Below the pieces are notes generated by a model that saw only the letters and a list, made by a program, of their open reading frames with translations, was not told the origin of the DNA and made no database searches. From Tetramitus jugosus (Eukaryota; Protista; Heterolobosea): a DNA stretch of 64,000 bases. Shown piece after piece: positions 34,255 through 45,073 of the stretch. The position numbers and the translations under genes were made by a program. The DNA lies in contig OW569373.1 of assembly GCA_937625935.1 (NCBI GenBank), positions 1 to 64,000 of the forward strand, read 5' to 3'. Position 1 is the first letter of the stretch. The number at the start of each line of letters is the position of its first letter.

Positions 34255-34299
34255 TTGTGTCGAATGAATATCTCCTTTCAAATTGAGCACAAGCGCAAA

Positions 34300-36900
34300 A
34301 AAGCGCGAACAAAAAACACATGGAAACAAACGCAAACATTCCATCCTCAGCTGAGGCTAGGGAGTACTCCCGTTGAAGGGTATGCGGTATGGACAGTACA
34401 GAAGGTTGGGAGTAGCATCAACAAAAATGAGGTGGTGATCAAAGGTTCACAATGTCATAACACGGCACCAACAATTGCAAGAATGATCGGTACGAGATAC
34501 AAGGGTTGGGTCACCAGAGCCCATGTGAGAAGGTGGGAAAAAGGTCCGTTCATTGCTTGGGTCATGTGAAGGACGACAAACTGTATGAGTTTGTTGAAAC
34601 TTATAATGATTCAAAAAGAATCATGAATGCCTATGCCTCCATCAAGAGGGAAGTTGACGCGGAGAAAAAGTTGGTCATCCACAAGGTATTGGGAAAGTCA
34701 AGGGACTACATAGCCAAACTGGTCGGAGAAGAAAAGGTCAGACATGTTGAGGTCAAGGGCAACACTGCGTTTGTAACCATGACTTCTCAGTCTTATGCTC
34801 AAGCTGTCATAGGAGATAAGCAAATTTCAGCAGAGAAAAGTCCATACATACAAAGAAGCCAAGATCCTGTGAAGCTACTAACGAGAAAGTTTCAGAGAAC
34901 TACTGACACTTTGAAACAACAAATGGAGGAACTAATGAAGAGTCAGACAACTGGAGATGGAAATAAGTCTGATAGAGGAAAAGAACAGTGGGAAAAAGGC
35001 TGCCAAAGCAGTGAAAAGATCTAGTCGCCCAATCCAACCTACTATACTCACTGTCCTTGACTCTGAAGAAAAAGGGGAGGAAGATGCAACAATGGAAGCT
35101 GAAGTTATCACCCTAGTGCCCTGTGAAGGTTCTCGGCATAACCTTGACAGGGACATGACAGCAAACGGAGAGAATAGCGATGTGACCATGTTAGTAGAGA
35201 ACGGTGAGGTAGTTCCACGCTCCACAAAATGTCAGTGAGCCACCCGATGAACAAAATATGGAAGAACGAAAGAAGCTCTTAATTAGTGCTAGACGAGCTA
35301 AGAGGAGAGAGCGTGCTCTCTCGGACAGCCAAGCACTCATTTACAACTACGCCGTACGAAGGGAGGACACCAAGAAAAGAGAATGGCAAGCGTGGAACCA
35401 AGAAGGGTGATGCTACTAACCCGGCTAACTACAGACCAATATGCCTCCTGAGTACTGTGTCGAAACTGTACACCAAGTTGATTAATAGAAGAATCTCTGT
35501 TGCTGCTGAGACAGGAGGGATTTTCTCTAATGTTCAAGGTGGCGGCAGAAAGTTCCGGGACATTCGGGAGAAGCTGTCCATAGTAAGAGGAATCATTGAC
35601 CATGCCAACAGGGAAAACAAGCAACTGTTCCTGCTTTTGACAGACATATCTAAAGCGTTTGATTCGGTACCACCCAACGCAATCAAATTCTTTGAATTCC
35701 CTGACAATGTTGTCAGATTGGTGAGTGGAATGGTGGAGAACAATTTTGCTGGTGTTCTGACGAGAGCTGTCTCAAGAAGGTTTCCTATCGGAAAGGGAAC
35801 AAGGCAAGGTGACTCTTTATCACCTACCACATACATTCTAGTGCACCACGGTGTTGATGTATGTTGACAGGAAGGTACAAGGTTACCCGAGCTATGTCTC
35901 AAGGATTGTGGAACGCGGCCTACATCGACGATTGCAATTTGTTCGCCGAATCCAGGGCAGATATTGAGCGTGCTGCACAGGCGATGTCGGAGGTTCTATC
36001 GTCACTACGGATGTCGATGCACCCTGACAATCTTGAACTGTATGTGCGACAAATGGAGAAGGACACAGGGTATGATATAGAGGTGGATGGAACGGTTGTT
36101 CCCGCGAGAGACAGTTCTCGAGTCTTTCGAGCACTGGGTCTTTTCACCAACCTAAAGGGGAATACAAAACAACAAATCGAGCAGGCATGGAACAAGTCCC
36201 AAAGAGTGGTGACTAGGTTGAAAATGATGAAGCTTACTCCCAGACAGGTGGCAAGAGTAGTGAACACATGTATTCACCCTTGAAACCAAGACGTCTGAGT
36301 TCACTGATTGGACTGATGGATGGATACTCAAGGTGAACAGACTGGGTAGGATGCTGGTCAAGCACGGATCGGTAGCAATGAAACCCATTCCCTCCGAACT
36401 GCTCCCGGTCAGCAGTGATCATGGATCGATCGGTCTGAACGATACAGAAGAAACTATCACGACTCAAACCGCCTGGTTTGTCGGTACCATGGTGTCTGGT
36501 AAGAGAGATACCGAAGAGAAACAGCTGTTGCTTGACACGCTTGAGGAGATCAAGCAAAAACAAACATTCCAATCAGAGAATGTATTTCAGTCAAGCAAAG
36601 GACCGAAAGAATCTCGGGAATGGGGCTCTACTGGCTACAAGCTGATGCAATACGAAGCGGTGATGACTTCAGCTTTCTGAAGTACCCACACAGGATCAAT
36701 AGGCAAGGGGAGTGGTTCTATGCTCAAGTGCGTAGCGGTACTCTTCACACAAAAGAGACAAAGCGCTGTCTATATGGCAAGGATGGCTTCTATCAACCGG
36801 ATTTCCCTCGCGTCCCCGTCTCCGGAGCGAATCTCCGAACTCGAACCTTCGACTCCGTCTACTGTCGATGACTGAGTCACCCTAGAGCTAACCAACAACA
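34300..36900 (+). mobile_element. Degenerate near-full-length non-LTR retrotransposon (ORF1 with RRM-like region, ORF2 RT); boundaries approximate
   Basis: ORF1 pieces from the ATG at 34320 (VEVKGNTAFVTM); RT motifs NYRPICLL, TDISKAFDSV, GTRQGDSLSP, AYIDD; multiple stops and deletions. Confidence 0.88.
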
Positions 36901-37668
36901 CCATTGATGAGGATGCGTAACAGAGCGATCCTCGAGCTAGTATTGAACACCTTAGAGGTGTTCAAGAAAGCCAAGAAGGAGATTGCTGTCCAAGCAATCT
37001 TGGTGGACCGTGCAAGAAGCACAACCACCCATGAAGATCCTGTTGAGTTGGATCTCAGTAACCCGGACTGCGAGTTATAGAGTTGTCAACTTAACATACA
37101 TAAGAAACGATCAGCACGTGTTACCATTGGTGACACAGCTGCCAACAAGATCCCGACCAGGTTGGTCCCTATCAAGTCAGTTGTTCTCACCCAAAAGATA
37201 AATACAAGTTGCGCAACGATACAAACGCAGAAATCAGCGCATACTTCGAAAGGAAGAGTGACCCTGTAATCGACCTTTACGATAGATTTTCCAGGATGAA
37301 AGAACAATTGACAGAGTATATAGACCCCTTGCAAGCCAGAGTAGAACAACGTTGTGTACAATATGAGAATTGCAAGAGGAGAGTCCAGATGTAATTCTTT
37401 TATTTGATGAGGAAAATTTATTCACTCTAGTAGAAACAATGTTGAGAATTAACTGCCCAAATTCGCAGATATTTCCATTGAGGGGCAGTGTTAACTTTCC
37501 AGAAGATATGGGTCATGAGGAAAATTGTTCCGTTCTACGATGGTTTCTGAGGCTCTAATTTAGCAAAGGAGCGAACAAAATAACTCCGTCAGGTTTCTCT
37601 TCAGAGCCAGTGGACAAAATCGAAAACTCAGTGACCAACAACAGCAACGACGGACAGAAAACAAAACG

Positions 37669-39282
37669 ATGAATCAGATTCGTTTCCCATTGCGCTACAA
37701 TTGGCAGAGTCACCACCATGCGATTCTGAACTCATCATCCATGATGATGAGTAGCAGTAGTCACAATGAAGGACATCTCGAACCCGTGACCACTTATCAC
37801 CTACCAGGTCTATCCCTATCATTTGCTCTTCCCTATTTTGGAACGTTGCTCGTAATTGAGTTGATTGTGGCTCTTTGTCAATACTGTAGTCGTCGACGCA
37901 AGAATAGACAAAAGATGATGAACAAGTGCAATGGCAGCAGCAGCAGCAGCAACAGTGCAAATAGTGGAAGTGAGGGGTTCATTGGGGAGAATCAATTGAG
38001 AAATGAGTCGTTGCTATTCAGATGGAATGACAGCTTCTCTAGTCTCTGTTGCGGAATTATGCAACAAATGTTGGACAAGGTGTTTACAAAGTATGTGGAA
38101 TTGATTTTCTACTGTGGTGTGTATCATTATTGGCGATTGTGGACCATTACGGACACGAATCAGATACATGTGTCCTCCGTGTATTGGTGGTTGGCCCTGT
38201 TGATTGGTGATCATCAATACTATTGGTTGCATCGCTTCTTGCACGAGTGTAACATGGGGTGGGCCACTCATGCACCTCATCACTCGAGTGAAGAGTACAA
38301 TCTGGTGACTGCATTGCGTCAAGGTGCACTTCAACATGTGTTTTCAATGGCATTCTTTCTTCCAATGGCACTACTGGGAATCAGTCCAGAATTGTATGCT
38401 ATTCAGGGTGAGATTAGTCTGTTGTATCAATACTGGATCCATACTCGTGTCGTTATTCGATTTCCTCGTATCATTGAGTATGTGTTCAATACTCCGAGTC
38501 ATCATCGTGTGCATCATGGAAGAAACGCAGAGTACATTGACAAGAACTATGGTGGAATATTTATTGTGTTTGATCGCTTGTTCAAAACATTTGAAGCAGA
38601 GGGCAACACTGTCGTCTATGGTCTCGTGCATCCATTGCAAACATTTAATCCAATTCGTTCTCAATTGCACCATTGGATCGATATGATTACACTTGCGAGA
38701 TCGTTACCAACCTGGAAACAGAGTATCCAAGTGTTTGTGCGTGGTCCAGGATTCAACCCCGTTGATGGAACGAATTATCCTATTCCGGATACTCCACCAA
38801 TTGACAAGTTACGAAAATATGACCCAAAGATCCCCAGTCATGCGACAGTGTACGGATTTGTTCATTTCCTGTCACTGTTTGTCTCTGCATTGTTGTTTGT
38901 GACCATTCCGCAAACCAGCTATGTTCACACGCTATGTCAATTTATCATGTTGTCCTTTGGATTCTACAACGTATCCCTACTGTTCGATGGCTACTTTACA
39001 GATTTCTGCTGGTACGAAAGAATACGATTCCTATTGTTGGTGCCAGTATTTCTATTGAACATGTTCACGAGGACAAGAGGTTATGTGTCCCATGTTAGCT
39101 ATCACATCCCTGAACAGTTGCTCCGTGTTCAAAAAGTTTCCAACATGGTGACTGTGTTTTGTTTGTTGAGTGCACTCTATGTCGCTACGAGGATCTCGAA
39201 ATTAAAGGACATACCTCGACCTGAGCCCCAGAATTGGGAGAAAGAAAAATTGAGTGAATTGACCAGCAAGAAGCACGATTAG
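37669..39282 (+). CDS. AGMO: Alkylglycerol monooxygenase-like protein (fatty acid hydroxylase superfamily)
   Basis: YYWLHRFLHE, WATHAPHHSSEEYNL, YQYWIHT, NTPSHHRVHHGRN...DKNYGG. Confidence 0.85.
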   Translation: MNQIRFPLRYNWQSHHHAILNSSSMMMSSSSHNEGHLEPVTTYHLPGLSLSFALPYFGTLLVIELIVALCQYCSRRRKNRQKMMNKCNGSSSSSNSANSGSEGFIGENQLRNESLLFRWNDSFSSLCCGIMQQMLDKVFTKYVELIFYCGVYHYWRLWTITDTNQIHVSSVYWWLALLIGDHQYYWLHRFLHECNMGWATHAPHHSSEEYNLVTALRQGALQHVFSMAFFLPMALLGISPELYAIQGEISLLYQYWIHTRVVIRFPRIIEYVFNTPSHHRVHHGRNAEYIDKNYGGIFIVFDRLFKTFEAEGNTVVYGLVHPLQTFNPIRSQLHHWIDMITLARSLPTWKQSIQVFVRGPGFNPVDGTNYPIPDTPPIDKLRKYDPKIPSHATVYGFVHFLSLFVSALLFVTIPQTSYVHTLCQFIMLSFGFYNVSLLFDGYFTDFCWYERIRFLLLVPVFLLNMFTRTRGYVSHVSYHIPEQLLRVQKVSNMVTVFCLLSALYVATRISKLKDIPRPEPQNWEKEKLSELTSKKHD

Positions 39283-39314
39283 ACATTCAAATCGCATGAA
39301 CATTAAGGTTCGCT

Positions 39315-40022
39315 TTATAGTTCATCATGTGTTGGTTGTTGGATGTGATGCTTCGCTGATCCCACCCAATATTCATCATATAGAACATCTGTAATATCAT
39401 CAATCTTAACATCCTCGCATTCACATTTAAATTGCTTTTGACACTTATCTATGATTTCATGAACCACTTGATGAGCCATCAACTTTGCTTCAATCTCTGT
39501 GTGATCAATCGAGTGCCATTCATGCATCATATTATGTGCATCAGACAACACATCGTGCTGATAAGGTTGGAAGCTGTCTGGAATGTGATCTTTCTCTACG
39601 GCATGGTACTGTCCGTTCGATGTATCAGTCGATGGTACCGTCGAAGGACTTGTCTCCTTTGTTTCAGTCAACAAATGGAGGAATCGTTTGACATTGAGCA
39701 TGCTGCACCTCTCACCTGTGGAACAGATTGGATTTTTCATTGCAACTTGACTGTCATGACACTTGTCATGCAATGGTACACGGACACGAACCTTGAAATC
39801 GTACCTAGAAAGGTTCTTTGGACATTGACAAACAGGAGTTCTAGATTTCTCATGGAACAATTGCAAGCAAAACAGGGTGCACTCTCCAGTGACAGGATCA
39901 GTGGTAGAAGTGCCAGTATGGCGCGGCGGATCTGTATTCACATGGACATAGGACAAGATCGATCTGATCAAACAAAGAAAACACAGTACGATCAACAAAC
40001 AGTGTGCTATTGACTTTACCAT
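39315..40022 (-). CDS. Secreted/ER hypothetical protein
   Basis: Signal peptide MVKSIAHCLLIVLCFLCLI; C-terminal HDEL retention signal. Confidence 0.65.
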   Translation of the reverse strand: MVKSIAHCLLIVLCFLCLIRSILSYVHVNTDPPRHTGTSTTDPVTGECTLFCLQLFHEKSRTPVCQCPKNLSRYDFKVRVRVPLHDKCHDSQVAMKNPICSTGERCSMLNVKRFLHLLTETKETSPSTVPSTDTSNGQYHAVEKDHIPDSFQPYQHDVLSDAHNMMHEWHSIDHTEIEAKLMAHQVVHEIIDKCQKQFKCECEDVKIDDITDVLYDEYWVGSAKHHIQQPTHDEL

Positions 40023-40122
40023 TGCAATTCGTTTTGTTGTGTGTTGTTCTTTGGTTGTTTTGCTTGAAAGGTTACTATTTTTACATTTGACTGGAAATTT
40101 ATTATGTACAGTGCAGCAGCAG

Positions 40123-41259
40123 TTATGCAAAGGATACGATTGGAGGGTTATGATCCTCGGATTTCTCAGAAAACACACAGCTCATCTGGGAGGCAATGGT
40201 CACAACAACCATTGTGTTTGCTCTCAGACTAACATCAAGTTTCTTGTACTCTCTGTGCAACAATTTAGCAATGTTCATGGATGGTGTCCAAATGTGCAAA
40301 ACTTGCTTCTTCCATCTGTGACGTCTCACAACGTTACCGGTCGAAGCAATCACTCCATACATTTTCTTTCTGAGCAACATTTGAGCATCCTCCTCAGTGA
40401 ACAAGGAATCGTGAGCAAAGTGGAAAGCTCTGGTCACAGAGACACCGACTCTCTGACCGTGCATCATCACAGAGAAATCAGTCTTCTTGCTTCCATATGG
40501 GAAATACTCAATTTCCATCTCAGTCAAGTCCAATCTTGCACCAAAACACTTGTTCATCACTTCATAGGACAAGACCTCAGAGTACAATGAAGTACCACCG
40601 GCGTTTGGCTCATTCAAGATGCAGTGACCTCCCATGGAAAGGTTTCTGGTCAATCTACCAAACTGCTCAGCGTTGCTTGTGACAACACCTCGATGATAGT
40701 CAATCATGTGATTGGTGATGAAACATGGCTTGTGCTCATTGTTCAATGAGTCCATGAATCGAAAACCGTTGTCAAGAGTCATTCGAATCATGTAATCCTC
40801 GGTGAATATGTGCTTCATGGTTGACATCATTTGTCTTCTCTCGAATCGACATCTTCTTCTTCTTCTCGATGCCGTAGTAGTAGTCGTTCTCTGCTGAGTG
40901 GCAGCATCAGAATTCTTCTCATTAGACAACGACAATTGAGCGGTGATAGTGCTGCAACCCATAGGGCAGTTCATTGTTGGAACAGAGGTGGCTAAATAAG
41001 CGAGGCTTCCCTGTTGCTCCAGTCTTCTCTGCTTTCTCCTCTGCCTGGTCGTCATGCATGCCGTGGAAGTGCATACTGCATTGGACGACACTAAAACAGC
41101 AGATTTGTTGGCTCGGATCAAAACACGACTGTGATGTGGAGTGTCCTTGTCTTTCAAAACACTGCTCTTGTTGTTCTCCACCGATAATAAAACAGGATGA
41201 GGTGGACGAGGAACGTTGGTGATATGGCTGCTGGAATCTCTTGGAAGACTCGGAAACAC
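40123..41259 (-). CDS. AAC4-like conserved protein; true start uncertain, probably downstream
   Basis: NAGGTSLYSEVLS, LTEMEIEY, KKTDF, VGVSVTRAF, KQVLHIW. Confidence 0.65.
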   Translation of the reverse strand: MFPSLPRDSSSHITNVPRPPHPVLLSVENNKSSVLKDKDTPHHSRVLIRANKSAVLVSSNAVCTSTACMTTRQRRKQRRLEQQGSLAYLATSVPTMNCPMGCSTITAQLSLSNEKNSDAATQQRTTTTTASRRRRRCRFERRQMMSTMKHIFTEDYMIRMTLDNGFRFMDSLNNEHKPCFITNHMIDYHRGVVTSNAEQFGRLTRNLSMGGHCILNEPNAGGTSLYSEVLSYEVMNKCFGARLDLTEMEIEYFPYGSKKTDFSVMMHGQRVGVSVTRAFHFAHDSLFTEEDAQMLLRKKMYGVIASTGNVVRRHRWKKQVLHIWTPSMNIAKLLHREYKKLDVSLRANTMVVVTIASQMSCVFSEKSEDHNPPIVSFA

Positions 41260-41707
41260 AATTCGATCTGTTGAAAGAAGATTGTTGTTGGTGTATGTTT
41301 ATGGTAGTGGTCGTCATTCTTTGGGGTGCGTAGGTAGGGTTATTGGGTAGTTGGGTTGTTTGTTAGGTTTACAGGGTTATGTGTGTAGGTCGTTAAGGGG
41401 TTGTGTGCGTCTTTGGGGGGTTCGCTAATTCAGGGATAGAGCAATCTGATCTTCTAGTAGTAGTGGGCGTGTATCTGTACGTCTGTTAACTCTTGAGTTT
41501 TAATAATATTAAACTATTCTTATTCTATGATAATGTTGTTGTGTTATCTTGAAGTTTCTGTGTGAATTATTGGCTCTGCTTTTAATAAGCCTGCAAGTTC
41601 GGGTGCAACTTGGTGTTCCAAGCAATGCACGAACGAAAACGCACTTGGAACTAGTCGTAGTGAACATTGAACATCGGAGATATCCCAGCGGTTGATTTAT
41701 TTTTACG

Positions 41708-43999
41708 TTAGTTGGAGATGCCGAAAAGTCTGGCCATGTTGGCATGGTAGTCTTCAGCAAAGGCAGAAAAGTCCTTGGTCACGGTAAAGTAACGCTTCAT
41801 GGAGAATCCATACATTGTGGTAACACCTTCAGCAAAGCATTGAAGCAGACCAAAGAGATTCACGCTGAATTGATCGTCTTGAGATGGTTTGAAGTGAGGA
41901 CCGAGCTTTCTGTACGATTTGTATGCCTGTGGGAAGTCGCCAGCACATAGGAATACAAACAAGAATCGCTTGTGTGATGCAAAACCCTTGATGTTCAGTC
42001 TCTCGAACTTGTCATAGAGAGTATGCAAGTACTTTAGCTTTGTTGCAATGTCCTCGTTCATATCCATGATAAATGAGATTAAGAAGGCACAGAACCGATC
42101 ATCCATCAATGGTAAAATCTCCTGTTCTATCTTTTTGTTGAAATATAGGTCCAGAGCCTTCAAGGAGTGTCCACCAATGCTGAGCGTACGGAAAAAGTAT
42201 TGTAAAAAGTTGTTACTGACAGCTCCTTGTCTAACTCTGAGAGATTCAAAGAGAACGAGCATACGATCTGGGTCACCCTTCTCAGCAAGACTTCTTGCCA
42301 TCAAGTTGTTCAAAATTTCATTGTATGGACCATAGTTGCTCACTGATTGCTTATAAGTTTCTTCCACCTTGGCATAATCACCTTGTGCAATATAGTATAG
42401 CATCACAATACCCATCGTGTGGTCATCAGGCTTCACACCATACACCTTTTCCATATTACCATACAGCTCCAACAGTTTTGGATTGTTTGACTTTTGATAG
42501 AGTTTGAGCATGCAGTTGACAGTACTGACCTCAATCAATCTTCCCTGCTTGATAAAGCGATCTTCGAATATGCTCTCAGCAACTTCATATTGTCCCTCCT
42601 CGGCACATGCAACAATCATTGAATTGCATGCCTTGTAATTGAGACTTGGAATCTCACGGTTCATTGATTGAGTAATCTCGTGCATCAAATCAAAGTGCTT
42701 TGCCTTGACAGCAGCAGACAATGAAGAAACATAGGCTTGTTGATCAATCACTGGGAATGACACTCTCATGTCTCTGTACACTTGTTCCACCTTTGATTTC
42801 TGAGGATGCTTTGCCAAAAAGTCCAACAAGGAAGTATAAGTAATCAAATCAATCTTCACACCCAACTTTGACATGAGATACAGCAACTTTGAAATAATGT
42901 CATCACCCTGTGCATCGACATACAGAGCCAACAGAGTATTAAAGGTAACAGTGTCCGGTGTGATCTCATACTTTAACATTTGACTCATCAAGAAGGAAGC
43001 AAGAATGATTTGATAGCCATCGCGAGGCAGAGCAGGATAATCACTTCTTCTCACATGTCTACAACTGTTCAGAACTCTATTGTAATCAATCAACATAAAT
43101 CGACAAACAAATGGCAATTTTTCAATAAACATCATCAACAATAAAACGTGATCCTTGGGTGACAATCGACCACGAACCAACAAATAGTATCGATACGAGT
43201 CTAGCACGTATCGATGAGCAATCCATCTTGCTCTGAGTACAGCCTTTGATGAAGTGTGATCGATTGGGTCATTGAGAGTCATCTCTGACTGTTGAGTCGA
43301 TAAAGAAGCAGAAGCAGAATCGCTTGATGCACTCGTGTTCAGTGGAGGAACAAACCATGGAGCATAGTATTGACTTCCGGCAAATGGTCTATAACCTGCC
43401 ACAATCACTTCACCTCTTGCATTCACTGATAGACCCTTTGGATGCTTCAATCCCTTACCATTCAATAGACTCTGAGCATTTTCAACAGTTTGATCCACAA
43501 ATAGTTGCAATCCCTTTGAGAGTTCACCTCTGTATTGCTTCAACTCTGATTGAATCGATTCAATGTATTCATCAGGCAATGTAAACAAATCTTCAGGTTG
43601 TTGTGGATTGCTGTCTCCTTCTTCTTCTGCCATTGCTGCTTGCTGTTCAGAAGCAGACACTGTTTCTCTTGGTTCCACTCTCACTCCATCACTAAAGTCC
43701 TTGATACTACTGGTGGATGATGATGATGTTGCTGTTGTAGTGGTGGTTGTTGTTGTGTGAATAGGAGGAGCATGATCACTACTCTCTTGATCCATGTTGT
43801 TGTTGTTGTTGTGGAGGTTGGAACGAAGAATGCGATTATTCTCAAACAGTGAACACGTGGTTGATGAGTGATACAGTTGTGAAGAGACATTTTTGTGACG
43901 ATAGTGGTTGGATGAGGAGGAGAGGAGAGAACGAGCAGTTGTTGTTGCTGGAGCTCTAGTCGTCCTTTTCAACAGAGACAATAACAAGTTTGCTTGCAT
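41708..43999 (-). CDS. Pentatricopeptide repeat protein, probably mitochondrial
   Basis: R/S/T-rich presequence; PDTVTFNTLL, DLITYTSLL, ACNSMI, GVKPDDHT repeats. Confidence 0.88.
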   Translation of the reverse strand: MQANLLLSLLKRTTRAPATTTARSLLSSSSNHYRHKNVSSQLYHSSTTCSLFENNRILRSNLHNNNNNMDQESSDHAPPIHTTTTTTTTATSSSSTSSIKDFSDGVRVEPRETVSASEQQAAMAEEEGDSNPQQPEDLFTLPDEYIESIQSELKQYRGELSKGLQLFVDQTVENAQSLLNGKGLKHPKGLSVNARGEVIVAGYRPFAGSQYYAPWFVPPLNTSASSDSASASLSTQQSEMTLNDPIDHTSSKAVLRARWIAHRYVLDSYRYYLLVRGRLSPKDHVLLLMMFIEKLPFVCRFMLIDYNRVLNSCRHVRRSDYPALPRDGYQIILASFLMSQMLKYEITPDTVTFNTLLALYVDAQGDDIISKLLYLMSKLGVKIDLITYTSLLDFLAKHPQKSKVEQVYRDMRVSFPVIDQQAYVSSLSAAVKAKHFDLMHEITQSMNREIPSLNYKACNSMIVACAEEGQYEVAESIFEDRFIKQGRLIEVSTVNCMLKLYQKSNNPKLLELYGNMEKVYGVKPDDHTMGIVMLYYIAQGDYAKVEETYKQSVSNYGPYNEILNNLMARSLAEKGDPDRMLVLFESLRVRQGAVSNNFLQYFFRTLSIGGHSLKALDLYFNKKIEQEILPLMDDRFCAFLISFIMDMNEDIATKLKYLHTLYDKFERLNIKGFASHKRFLFVFLCAGDFPQAYKSYRKLGPHFKPSQDDQFSVNLFGLLQCFAEGVTTMYGFSMKRYFTVTKDFSAFAEDYHANMARLFGISN

Positions 44000-44247
44000 T
44001 TTTTTTTACTTGCACTTGAGTTGTTGTTTTTTGTGTGATTATTTGTTTTTGTGCAAAGTTCAACAATCTCAACACAGCAACAGCAAATGCTTCGCTGTTG
44101 ATAATACTTGTGAAAAAATGTTTGCCGCTTGCACGAGTTACAACGCATCATTGAACATCAATTACCCGCTTTTATCCGCCATTAAAGCCAAAAATTTCTC
44201 GGTATTCACAATCAAACCAGAAAGCTTTCAGATCCTATAGTCCAATC

Positions 44248-44747
44248 ATGTGGAGTGAAGAGACAATATTCAAGTCATGGCTATGGTTCGTTGCAGCCAC
44301 AAGAACTTTTGCAATCTTTAATGGTTACTTGGGTCTCAAGACAATTCGTGACAATGTCTATCCTTTTGCTAAGGCTCAAGTATCTGACTTGTTTGGTCGC
44401 ATGTTCAGCAATTGGACCAGTGTTTCCGTAGCTCTCGTGTCCTGCTTGGCTCTCTATCCTCATAACAAGCAAGTCTATGTTTTGAATTTGATCTCGTTTG
44501 GTGTGGCTTTCACTCACATGATCCTAGAGGTTTTCAAGTACAAGACAATGGCCAAATTGAGTGCTTCTCTGATGGCGCTCTTCTCTGGTATGTGTGAAAC
44601 ATTAATTTTTTGCATTTTCTTGCTGCTTTTGTCTCATGAGATCCTTTTGCTCAACCTGCGTCTTTGCGCTTCTGTCTTTTAGCTGGTACGTCCATTTACA
44701 TGATTGCTAGATATGCAGTCCTGGGCGAAACCATTTTCACAAAGTAA
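44248..44747 (+). CDS. ERG28: Ergosterol biosynthesis protein 28-like, with one intron (44588-44682)
   Basis: WLWFVA, LFGRMFSNWT, SFGVAFTHM; the GT..AG intron restores the C-terminus FSAGTSIYMIARY... Confidence 0.75.
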
Positions 44748-45073
44748 ACTTGAATCAGATTCACAGTTATCTTCAGCTCCTTTCGTCCTCCAATTCATGT
44801 ACAACGTCGTGGATGTCAGTCAACGTTCACATCGCTTTTCGCTTCGCACAAATATCGCCAGAAAGGAATTCTTCCAATTTCTCCCTCCTCCGCTATGACC
44901 CCTTCTCGTCACACACCACTGACTCACCCAGCATCTATTCAAGGTTGGTGAGAAGCTTTCCTCAATCGTTCTGTTTGTTGGTCAGTCTTCTTCCATCTGG
45001 ATCTGTTTTCTCCACACACAAACAAAAGCACATCTTCACTACAACTTCTTTTCCGCGATTGGAACCACACAAG

